From assembly GCF_000002075.1 (NCBI RefSeq), contig NW_004798611.1:40175-104174 (forward strand): a stretch of DNA of 64,000 nt. The letters run 5' to 3'. The notes under the pieces were generated by a model. That model was given only the letters and a program-made list of their open reading frames with translations. It had not been told where the DNA came from and made no database searches. Positions 25,701-37,000 of the stretch are shown here, one piece after another. Made by a program: the position numbers and the translations under genes. Source of the DNA: Aplysia californica. Lineage: Eukaryota. The stretch's first letter is position 1. Each line of letters opens with the position of its first letter.

Positions 25701-27872
25701 TGTACAGTGAGAAAATAGTGGGGATAATGTATAAAAAAAAGGGGAGATATGGTATAAAAAAAAGTGTGGTTAAAGTAGAAAATAATTGGGGTAATGTAAG
25801 AAAAAGTGTGGATTAATATGTAGAAAATAGTGGGGGTGATGTAGAAAATAGTTGGGATGATGTAAAAAAAGTGAGTATGATGTGGAAAATAGTGGGGATG
25901 ATGTGGAAAACAGTGGTGATGATGTGGAAAATAGTTTGGATGATCTAAAACAAAGTGGGGATGATGTAAAAAATAGTGCTAGTGATTTTGGCAATACTGG
26001 GAGTGATGTTGGAAATAGTGTGGTTGATGTAGAAATAAGTGGGGATGATGTTGAAAAAGCTGGGGATGATGTAGAAAAATGTGTGAATGATGTAGAAAAA
26101 AAGTGGGGATGATGTAGAAAAAAGTGGGTATGATGTAAAAAAAAGTGTGGTTTGATGTAGAAAAAATGTAGTTGATGTAGAAAATACTTGGGATAATGTA
26201 AGAAAAACTGTGGCTTATGTAGAAATAACTGTAGAGTGTAGGAACAAACGTGGTAAATGTTGAAAAAAAGTATGGATGATGTAGAAGCAAAATGTGAGGC
26301 AGCGTGGTGGAATCAGGCTCTCGTCAAAATAATGAAATCGAAGAAAACAGCAGTTTTCTCCCTGCTTAGCAATTTTTATCAAATTTTTGTTTTTTGGCTC
26401 AACACCTTTTATGTCAATTTACAAACACATTCTTTGAGAATTTCACAGAAAACGTTAATTAAAGGCACAAAAATATAAAATTTACAGTTTCCATGGACTC
26501 TCCAGCTTTGGAATTTACCAAGTTTGGCGGCCATTTTCTCGCTAATTTTACCTCATAAACCAGGTGACCCCCACCTCCTTCAATCCAAAATATCTCCACT
26601 TCTATTGAAGATGGGCGGGTAATTTTTTCTTTGAAAGCAAAACAAATGAACAAGCTTTAATATGTGGGGATGATGTAGAAAATAGTGGGGCGGGTGTAGA
26701 AAATAGTGGGGATGATGTAGAAAATAGTGGGGATGATGTAGAAAATAGTGGGGATGATGTAGAAAATAGTGGGGATGATGTAGAAAATAGTGGGGGTGAT
26801 GTAGAAAATAGTGGGGATGATGTAGAAAATAGTGGGGATGATGTAGAAAATAGTGGGGATGATGTAGAAAATAGTGGGGATGATGTAGAAAATAGTGGGG
26901 ATAATGAAGAAAATAGTGTTGATGATGTAGAAAAAAGTGTGGTTGATGTACAAAATAGTGGGGATGATGTAGAAAAAGTTTGGCTTATGCAAAAAAAAGC
27001 GAGAAAATGTAAGTTAAAAAAAGTTGGGATGATGTAGAAAAAGTTTGGATAATGTATAAACAAGTGTTGTTGATGTTGAAAAAAGTGGGGATGATGTTGA
27101 AAATAGTGGTGATGATGTGGAAAACAGTGGTGATGATGTGGAAAATAGTGTGGATGATCTAAAAAAAAGTGGTGATGATGTAAAAAATAGTGCTAGTGAT
27201 TTTGGCAATACTGGGAGTGATGTTGAAAATAGTGGCGATGATGCAGAAAATAGTGTGGTTGATGTAGAAATAAGTGGGGATGATGTTGAAAAAGCTGGGG
27301 ATGATGTAGAAAATATTTGGGATAATGTAAGAAAAACTGTGTCTTGTGCAGAAATAACTGTAGAATGTAGGAACAAATGTGGTAAATGTTGAAAAAAAAA
27401 GTGAGGATGATGTAGAAAAAAATGTGGTTCATGTAGAAAAAAGTGTGGTTGATCTAGGAAAAAAGTGGTGTTGATGTAAGAAAAAGTGTGGTCTATGTAG
27501 AAAAAAAAGTAGGGATGATGTATAAACAAGTATGGTTGATGTAGAAAAAGTGGGGATAATGTGGAAAAAAGTGTGTTAGATGTAAAAATAGTGGTGATGA
27601 TGTGGAAAAAAATGTAGTTGATGTAAATAAAAAGTGGGAATAATGTAGAAAAGAATGTGGTTGATGTAGAAAAAAATGTGGTAAATGTAGAAAAAAAAGT
27701 GGGGATGATGTAAAAAAATAGTGGATGATGTAGAAAAAAGTGGGGATGATGTAGAAAAAAGTGCGGATGTAGCAGAAAATAGTGGGGATGAAGTATAAAA
27801 ATGTTGGGATGATGTAAGAAAATAGTAGGGTTGATGAAGATAAAATGTGGATGGTGTAGAAAATAGTGGGGA
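19778..27872 (+). repeat. Satellite A, 21-bp unit GATGATGTAGAAAATAGTGGG
   Basis: Hundreds of degenerate tandem units, interrupted by N gaps (19931-20471, 24768-24867), non-array sequence at ~24690-25050 and a MITE at 26292-26658. Confidence 0.97.
26292..26658. mobile_element. Truncated copy of the same MITE inserted in satellite A
   Basis: Aligns by eye along its whole length to the reverse complement of ~45770-46136, and interrupts the 21-bp array. Confidence 0.75.
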
Positions 27873-28515
27873 GGTTTTCTCACTGCCCTTAGTCTTAGTA
27901 TGACTTCCTTTATTATAATGGTGGTATAGTCGCAACGGAAATTGTGAGGATATCAATTTTAAAGGACCAAAATTCAAACAGAAGAATGTTCTGTAGATTC
28001 TAATACGAGCCTACAAGAATTAAAATTTATCCTCACTATTTCATTTTGTGACCATGCCTGTACTGTTATGTCATTGCAAATGACTCCCCAGACTCCTGTT
28101 GTAAAAACAGGAATTTTAAAAGTGTCTGGTTATCAAAAGCAAAAGGTCAATTCCCAGATCAGAGGCCATCTTCATGATCTTGAGCACTGACAGAAGTTGA
28201 GAATGAAGACAACACACATCTTCATCTTTTTATTGGTTCACACTCCTTTCTTTCTCCAGATTTGGAGTTTGAGAAAGTAGAACTCTTCTGTGTTGAAACA
28301 GGCTGATTTTTCTTATCGAGAAAGTGGAGGGACAGATCCCAAATACAGTAACAGTGTAACAGCTTACGTAGGACTTGACGGCCATGACACTAGAGCAATA
28401 GATTTATGGTTGATCAAATATGTCGAAGACACTCGGGGACAGTTGAGACAATTCATACTAATCACAGCATTACAACTTCATGATATATATATAAAATATG
28501 TTTTTTTAAGTTTTA

Positions 28516-28625
28516 GTAGAGGTTTTACGATGCTCGCAACTGCATAAGGTCATATGAGCGCCAGAAGATTAGAGGTGTTACAAGAGAGTAACAAACATAA
28601 AAAAGAAGAAGGGGAGATAAGGACG
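28516..28625 (-). mobile_element. LINE/SINE 3'-end fragment (Nimb/I-group-like); second copy at 42130-42340
   Basis: CAACTGCATAAGGTCATATGAGCGCCA is identical in both copies. The clade assignment is tentative. Confidence 0.5.
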
Positions 28626-30927
28626 ATAGATGTTTGATAGGAAAGATGAAGCAAACCACACCAGAGCACCCGCCAAACACCAACATACAACACAAAGCGA
28701 CAAAGCACAAAAATAATAAATTTAGACTTGTTTATGCTAAAAAAGAACAGATTTATTTGATGTTCCAAGAACTTTCAGAAACTGAAAACCAGACAATGAA
28801 CACATTTCCTCGATAACTTAAGTCAGCCATTCACACACAGTACACAAGTGCTTGATTAGATGAAGGATGATGAAGTTTGAGTCTGAGGCTATACAAAACC
28901 TGAAAGACAAAACATTTTGCAGGACAGGTTCGATGAACTTCTCAAAGTCGAACATAGAAAGGTTACTGCTAGGCTACATAATTCTTTTCCCTGCGCTAGT
29001 ACATGTACATCAATTTTCCAAAGATAGCAATAGAGAAGACCTTTTTGGACAGAGCAGAAGTAGAAGTGTTGACTGTCATCAAATGTATTTCTATGAGCCT
29101 GTGTCGAAAAAATCCCCCAAAAGGCATGTAGCCTACATATGGCATTGAAAATGAAATAGCCATGCCATAGTGGGCAAGTCACATTCAGTGTCTTTCACTT
29201 TCTCGTAATGGTTGATGGGTGTTGCACTGAGCAGGGCAAAAGTGTAGGCTACAACTAACAGTTTCTTCAGGAAGAGAAAATGTACACTTTCCTCCACACA
29301 CACACACACACACACATCTGTATCTGTACAGCTCACATCTTCTCAAGCTACTCGGGCAAAAGGAGCTACTGGTCTATCCGCAACATTGGCACAACATGAA
29401 CGGTATTTGATGCATATTCTCTCTAATTATTCATTTTGTAATGAAATGTAAGGTTTCTTTGAGGATCCTGAATTATTCAGCCCCCAAGGAATACGATTTA
29501 TTGAGACAAAACGAGAGCATTTTCTAAAAATTGAAAAAAAAAAAGTTTCCATCCAGTTAGTCGAGTTAGCACCAAATATTCAATAACTAACGCATAATTG
29601 AAATAGAGTAGAATCAAAAAGTCTTTCGAACAATAAAATGGTATGTGGTTTCCACTGCAGGAAATGGAAAGAAAATATTTTTTTTCATCATGTTAAAAAA
29701 AATACCGCTCTAAATCCACCATGATCATGAATGAATGCTCAAAAACTTTTCTATACAAGCTACGTGAGCTTGCAGAAAACAATCTCACTGCATCACAGAT
29801 TCATCTTTCAGCGAGTGAAGGCAAAATAAAAACCAATAAAGACAAAACTGTCTACGTCCCAGTTCACTTTTTACAGTGTGTGATTGTCAAACAAGCCAAA
29901 CTGATGATATATCACCTAAGTCCTTTAAATCAAGTCATATTATATCACCAATTACCATTACAACTCAACTATCAGACAAGAACCTTCAAGCTTCTGGTGT
30001 TTTTAATTCTTGTCCACTACAACAATTTACACCAGTGGACAGGGGTCTCACGTCACACAAGTTGTTATGAAAATTTGGGCGGCAAATTAGTGATACCGCA
30101 CAGGAACTAGCACTAGGAGCAGTAAATCGGTGGAATAACAGACTAAGCGTCATAAACAGTGGGAAAGCAGACTTGTACTGTACTCAGTAATAAGCAACTC
30201 AATCCAAAATAGGCAGACTGAGATCGAAACTACAAACCATTGCTTGTGACGAGTAATAAAATTTAAAGAGGAAATAGTCTTGGAAAAGTGACCATGACGG
30301 TTCTCTACTCAGTAACATACACTGTACTAGATCTATAAGTAATTTTTTTTACTACTTTTAAGCAATTGAGTAGAAGACAGCCTTGCCACATATTCTAAAG
30401 GATATCTATTTATCCATCACAGAGAGTAAAATATCAAATTCCACATACAACAAAAAAAAAAAATTAAGAAACAAGAACGTTGGCCAAGTTGACACTCCAC
30501 ACTTTGCTGCTGGTACTGGGCAACTCACACTTGAGATTACTCTCATATGCAATATGCCATTTTAAATTTGAGGACGTCAGCACTCAATTAAGCCAAACAA
30601 TGTTGTAGATACTAAATCACTGCAAAACAGCGTTGCTAAAAGCATGGAAACTAAAAACAAAAGTAGAAATATTACCCCAGAAGATCAAAACTTCTCATGG
30701 CAGCAACTGGAACACAACATGATAAATTACTCTTCACTCACATTCCAAGTTTCTTGAAACACCAGTCTCTCCACAAATATCACGTAACAAACAAACAATA
30801 AACCACTTTCATAAGCCGGTACTAAAACATAACCATATATCACACTTCAGTCTTAATTCCTTGTATCCACAGTGACAAGATTCACACAGTCTCTCCGAAC
30901 CATCCAACCCCTCCCTAGACAAAGGAA

Positions 30928-33562
30928 TCAGTACTGCTGGTCGTCCGACGCCCTCTTCTGTTTCTTGATCTCTTTCCTTGTGTTCTCAAGCTCGTCGGGG
31001 TCTCTGTCGGGCAAGATCTCGCTGATGACTCCGTACCCTAAGGTCGTGTGACCGTCTCGCACGGTGAACCGCTGGTTCTTCTCCATGACCATCTTCTTGA
31101 ACATGTTGAACACAAGCTTGCCGTCCTCCCCGGGCATCAACAGATCTTTGTCCGGGATCTCCAGCAGCGCAGGCTGGTTCCACGTGTTGCAGAACGTGAT
31201 GACCTGGGAGAAAGGGGTCACAGGTTTGTTCCGGCCTCCCTCATCCTGGGTGGGAAAAGAACAGAAGAAACAACCAAAATTCATTCAAGTGAGGATACCT
31301 TGGCAGCTCTCCGTTTTATATTGCAACATGCTACAATAAATGAATTTGTGAAGATAAAGGTGGATTTGAGTAAAGATTGTAGACCTTGACAACTCTCCAA
31401 CTCTTCATTCGAGAGTCAGTGCAAAATTGCTCAATTCAGCAGGTGTAGAATCTACTCTTCAGGTTTGATGAGAAAGAAAGATCAGATACCAAGCCTCACA
31501 TAATTTTTCGTTGTCATGAAACAACACTTGCAAAGCTGACAACATTTTGAAACTGAAATAACCCCAAAAAAAACAATAACAAGTAGCGAAAACTATTTTT
31601 CCAACTCAAACAGATGCCTCAGCCACAGAAAATGAGGTTCACAGGAGGTTGCAGCTGACTGATTACCTAATGACAGTCCACACCAGCATTAAGTTCAGGA
31701 ACAAAAGCAAATAAAACTAAACATGAAATTCATTCTAAATCATAGCTGCACATTACAAATATTATTTTTTTATATATATATATGTTTTAAGTTTTTAAAA
31801 TAAAAATGGGGACGTTCTCAAATGACAGATGGCTGAGTTTCTCAATATCCAGCATAAATAACTGTCATAACAAAGCCCAATCTCATCACAGACACACAGG
31901 AAGTGTGCGAGACAGCCCAATGGGGATACCGGGTACTTAGTTTTGAACACATGTCGTATGACGTGTATTGACGACAGTGGGACAGGCTACTGTACAATGA
32001 GCAAACCCCTCTGGTTTATGAGGACTTTTTAAAATTATCACAAAGAGGTACAAGAGGGAAACATACTATAAAATGCAACATAACATTATCTTTTTAAATC
32101 CAAGGTTACCATGGTAGCAGCGGCCATATTGAAAAGAAACAGCTTTCTTTAACTCTCTTTCAATACCGCAAGCACTGTTGCACGCCTCTCCACTTTCTGC
32201 TTCAAAAGTGGAGACGAAAGCAGACAACAAGCAAAGTGGCACAGAAGGACAACTAGAGTTCAGGGCCAAAAGGATGTTAATGTTAAACAGCTGAATGTGA
32301 TGTAGTGACGCAGACTTTCCGGGAGGTAGTTTTATCCCCTTGGAAGGTTGGGGCAGTGGGCTGGGGTAGCCAAAATTTTAAATATCGGAATCAGAGATTA
32401 CGATCATATTTTCATAAAGCTGAATAAAAATCGTAACGATTCCGTCGAATTCGTAATGATACAAACTTACCTTTGAGAGGAGATATATCTGTGCCTCGAA
32501 CCGATTGTGCATCTTCATTGTTCCAGGTTTGCCCATGCATAGGCCACGACGCATTTCGTCTCTTTTCACGCCACGAATTAAGGCTCCGAGCTGATCGCCT
32601 GCCTCTCCTCTATCCAGACTTTTCTTGAACATCTCAATGCCAGTCACATTTGTTTTCCATTTCCTGTCATAGCCCATGATTTCACACTCATCCCCTTTCT
32701 TAACTACACCTCTTTCAACTTTGCCAGAGATGACTGTGCCTCTGCCAGGTATGCTGAAGCAACTGTCAATGGGCATGAAAAAAGGTTTGTCCAGGTCTCT
32801 CACAGGAGATTCAATGTAATTGTCAACTGCATCCAACAATTCTTTCACTTTCTGTTCACCAATCTCTGGGTCAGTCTCTTCAAGAGCCTTCAGTGCCGAT
32901 CCTATTATGATAGGCGTTTCATCTCCATCGAAGCCGAACTCTGTCAAAAGCTCCCTGACTTCCATTTCCACTAACTCTTGCATTTCTGTATCAGCAGCAT
33001 CTGCTTTGTTAACAAAAACCACAAGTCTTTTCAAACCAATCTGCTTGGACAGCAAAAGATGTTCTCTTGTCTGGGGCATGGTACCATCAGTGGCAGCTAC
33101 TACTAATATAGCACCATCCATTTGAGTAGTTCCCGTAATCATGTTTTTGATGTAATCTGCATGGCCTGGACAGTCAACATGCCCATAATGCCTTGTCTCT
33201 GTCTCGTACTCCACTGTAGCAGCATTGATGGTGATGCCTCTTTTTCTCTCCTCAGGGGCATTATCAATATCAGCGTATTCCTTGAACGACGCTTTGTCCT
33301 GTCCCGAAAGCACCTTTGTGATTGCAGCAGTTAAAGTTGTTTTCCCATGGTCCACATGACCTATCGTACCGATGTTCAAATGCGGCTTCTCACGCGAAAA
33401 CGACTTCTTCCCTGCTGCCGGAGGGGCTGCAAGTAGTCTAGTAGAGATTGAAAAGTACCTTCCCTGAGATGCAACAATTTGCTTTGCACATTTTAGCAAA
33501 AAGGGGGATTTTGTTGACATTTTCGAGGTCTCCAGGAAAGGTCGAATGATGAGCGCTGCCAT
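30928..33562 (-). CDS. TUFM: Mitochondrial elongation factor Tu, 469 aa; complement(join(30928..31245,32471..33562))
   Basis: [22 protein letters not shown] and GSAL GTPase motifs. Basic/Ser-rich N-terminal presequence. Domain III motifs EGGR, MPGED and RFTVRDG in exon 2. Donor AAG|GTAAGT at 32470, acceptor CAG|GAT at 31246. Confidence 0.96.
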
Positions 33563-34039
33563 CTTGAAACATGTGTTGTGAAACTTTGCCAGGTAAATTG
33601 TTGCATAATGTAGGGCTAGATCAGGTAGAGCTTTTCCACATTATATAATAACAAAATTTTATACAAATTTACAAGTTTCTAGAAATTATCTGTTTTTAAT
33701 AGTATTTTACAAGTCCCTCCAGATCTTCAAATCCAAATAAAAACATTTTTTTCAAAATATCTTATTTTTAGATTAAAGTGAACTGGTGTATCAACTCGGC
33801 AATATAATGTCAAGGAAGTAAATGCTCGCAGTAAAAAGATGTTTTTAATTTATTTTTTGTATTATGCTTGTAATTTTGATCCTCTGTAACGCAAAAACTC
33901 AAAATTTTTAATTTGCCATATAATATCTAATGTTTTGAATTTTCATGAAACCTCAAAATACCTGATACCGGAAGTGTGATTCACCCCTGCACTAAGTTGT
34001 CCACTAAGTTGTCATGGCACCGTTTATTCATGGTGGTTC
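33563..34039. promoter_or_regulatory. Bidirectional promoter TUFM / LRGUK with ETS site and RFX X-box
   Basis: Divergent ATGs 477 bp apart. ACCGGAAGTG at 33967-33976, X-box-like GTTGTCATGGCACC at 34008-34021, and a YY1-like AAGATGGCAG over the TUFM ATG. Confidence 0.7.
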
Positions 34040-37000
34040 ATGATGGACCCAAGACTTAACTCGCCGTATACGGAGGAAAACTATGCTCAAATGGATTCGG
34101 AGGCTGCCTTGATGGATCCAGAAACTGATATTCTTAAACTTGATGATGATGTCGGGGAATTACAAAACGATGAGATATTAGACACTGAGAAGCCTGATTT
34201 ACCGAAGGACGATGCTGTTGATGGTGGAGAAGAGGAGGCAGACGATGAGGGTGTTGAGGTTGTTGTTGTTTTGTTTTTTGTTTTATTTCTTTTTGTGTTT
34301 TTTAATGCATTTTCCCCTTCCTTGACTGAATGCTGTTTTATTGCTTTTTGTACAGAATAGAAGTGAATACAACTCATGTATGCACTATTATGAAGTGTAT
34401 ACTATAGATCTAGTATTAAAACTTAAAATACTTATATATTAATATACGTGTGTCAATGTCNNNNNNNNNNNNNNNNNNNNNNNNNNNNNNNNNNNNNNNN
34501 NNNNNNNNNNNNNNNNNNNNNNNNNNNNNNNNNNNNNNNNNNNNNNNNNNNNNNNNNNNNNNNNNNNNNNNNNNNNNNNNNNNNNNNNNNNNNNNNNNNN
34601 NNNNNNNNNNNNNNNNNNNNNNNNNNNNNNNNNNNNNNNNNNNNNNNNNNNNNNNNNNNNNNNNNNNNNNNNNNNNNNNNNNNNNNNNNNNNNNNNNNNN
34701 NNNNNNNNNNNNNNNNNNNNNNNNNNNNNNNNNNNNNNNNNNNNNNNNNNNNNNNNNNNNNNNNNNNNNNNNNNNNNNNNCCTGCCCATATCTTTATAGG
34801 TTTACTTCATGAAGCTTGGAACCTAATGTTAGTTATAGCAATATGGGAATGATATTCATCTAGATTACTTAAGTAAAAATAATTTCCTACAAAACAAAAG
34901 TGAAAGTGCATCTTCCTTTAGACAAGGTACACACATTGCAAGTTATTTGTTAAACGTTCTGTGTTTCATTTTTCAGCTTTCACCTGATGGGGTTCTGGAC
35001 GAAGAGACAGTTGCAAGAGGTCTGTCAAATCTTGGGAGATCTGCTACTGGCGACGGTCAAGTTTATCTCAATGTCACAATTCCGGTAGGTTATTTTGATG
35101 TATTTTCCCAGGGAGCCAAAGAAAAGTATCATGTAATGCTTTGATGACTTGGTGGCTTGAAGAGGAAGGGGGTCGGCACTTTGTAAAGCAATGAAAATAT
35201 TATTTTTGCTGGTTTTGCTGAAATGGAGGTGCACTACTTTTTTTTTTAGAGCTAGCGATAGTTTGTTGTATTATAAACTCTCAGTACTTAACTCTCTTAA
35301 CTGCTGAGTATTTTTGTTTACCTATTTCAACTGTGAATCAATTATTGGAATATTCTCATGAAAATTGAGAATTTTGATTATCAGTGTTGTGAAATAACGT
35401 ATGATGTATTTAGTTATTATCTGTAGTTTTTCCAGAGTGACCACTTTTCACTCTCTCCCTTCCCCCCCCCCCCCCCCCTCCCCCTCCCAAAAAAAGAAGA
35501 AAAAACAAACAAACCCAAAAACAAAGCAAACAAACAAAAACCAAGATTGGCGCTTATGAAAGAAAACTAACGGAAATTTGTTTGATATACAAAATAATTT
35601 AAAACTTTAAAAAAAGAGATGATTCAAGTTCAACAGATAACAACTACAAGACATCAGGGTAAGTCTCTGATTTATACTGGCACAATGATTCTCTTTGCTT
35701 TCAGGGATTTTCCTTGACAGACATCAGCCTGATTGCAGAGTACGAGCACCTCCAGAAAGTTGAGATCCCGTACAATGATATCACAGGCAAGATGCTTTTT
35801 TGTGGAAATGTTTTCTTGTAATAACATTTTGGGTTTGAATTGTTACTTTTTTACTTTTTCTGTGATATTTTTGAAGTATGATGGTTGTAAAATATCAAAA
35901 AATGGTGGTGTATTGTTTTTTAAATACATCTCGGTAAAGATCAAAAAGAAAAAAGCAGTGAAAATTTTAAAAAGTGTACTCAGCAAATACAACGCTGGGT
36001 TAATAGATGTTTTTATAGAATAGAACTTTTTAAAAAAAATCTTTTTGTAATGTTTAAAGGTAGCTAATAATTAAGTGGGGTTTTCATTTGCTTGAAATTA
36101 TGTCAACGAGAAAACAGACTTAATTTGTTTGCAAAATTTAGCTGTACCTCTACATCTCTATGCTTTAATGTTTTTCTGCATCTTTTACATTGATGAACTA
36201 CTCTATGATCGCTTTGAAATATTTGAGTTATGACTTTTTTTCCTTTGGTTCCGTGAACAGATTTGTCTCCTCTCGGGAAACTGAAGTTTCTTCTCGTCCT
36301 GGATGCTTCCCACAACAGAATTCCCACTCTCTTGGACTTTGAGCCACCGGCAAATCTACAAACGGTTGATTTGTCATGGAACAAAATTGAAGAAATGCGC
36401 GACCTATCAGCTCACCGAAACTTAGAGAAGCTGGTTCTTGACAGTATCCTTTATGCTGCTACTTTTTGTCTGTGTTCTGTTTGCTTTGGAAAAATTAAGG
36501 ACTGAAACTTTATAGGCTACTTATTGTAAATATCAAACTGGCAAAATTAGTGGTATTGAGAAGCAAGTATTATGGCCTTTTAAAGAGGGCACTGATATTT
36601 AGAAATGATGTATTAAAATCACTGAAATTGATGAAAATATTTCGTTGTTTGAATCTCTATGTCTAGAAAGGTATGATTTCAAAGCATGTTGACATTTTTT
36701 CATCTCCGTTTGGCTTAGACTCTTTGAGGTTTTCGGGTTTTTATCGATATATACTGTCCCGTTTCTTTTGTAGTGAATGTGTTGAGTTCATTTGATCTTT
36801 TTTCTCTGATTGTTCCTTTTCTTTGATATTGACAAACAGCAATGTTTTTTGGAATGTTTTTTGTCAGCAAAGACTTATAACTTTTGAATTGAATTTGTAA
36901 ACTACTAAAAAGTATTGCTTTCCTCAACTGAATAAAGACAACACAATTCCAGCAGTTCAAGGATTAGAAAAATGCAAGAGATTAAAACATCTGAGCATTT

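Noticed and set aside
19778-27872. ORFs with DDVENSG / FSTSSPL / FYIIPTI heptads
   Set aside because: These are translations of a 21-bp satellite. Frequent frameshifting indels and stops, no splice structure.
27900-30900. Additional gene between satellite A and TUFM
   Set aside because: Only short ORFs with no recognisable motifs or consistent splice sites. Likely TUFM 3' UTR or intergenic.
32378-33562. Bacterial tuf from contamination or HGT
   Set aside because: It has a mitochondrial presequence, a spliceosomal intron and animal mt-type sequence features.
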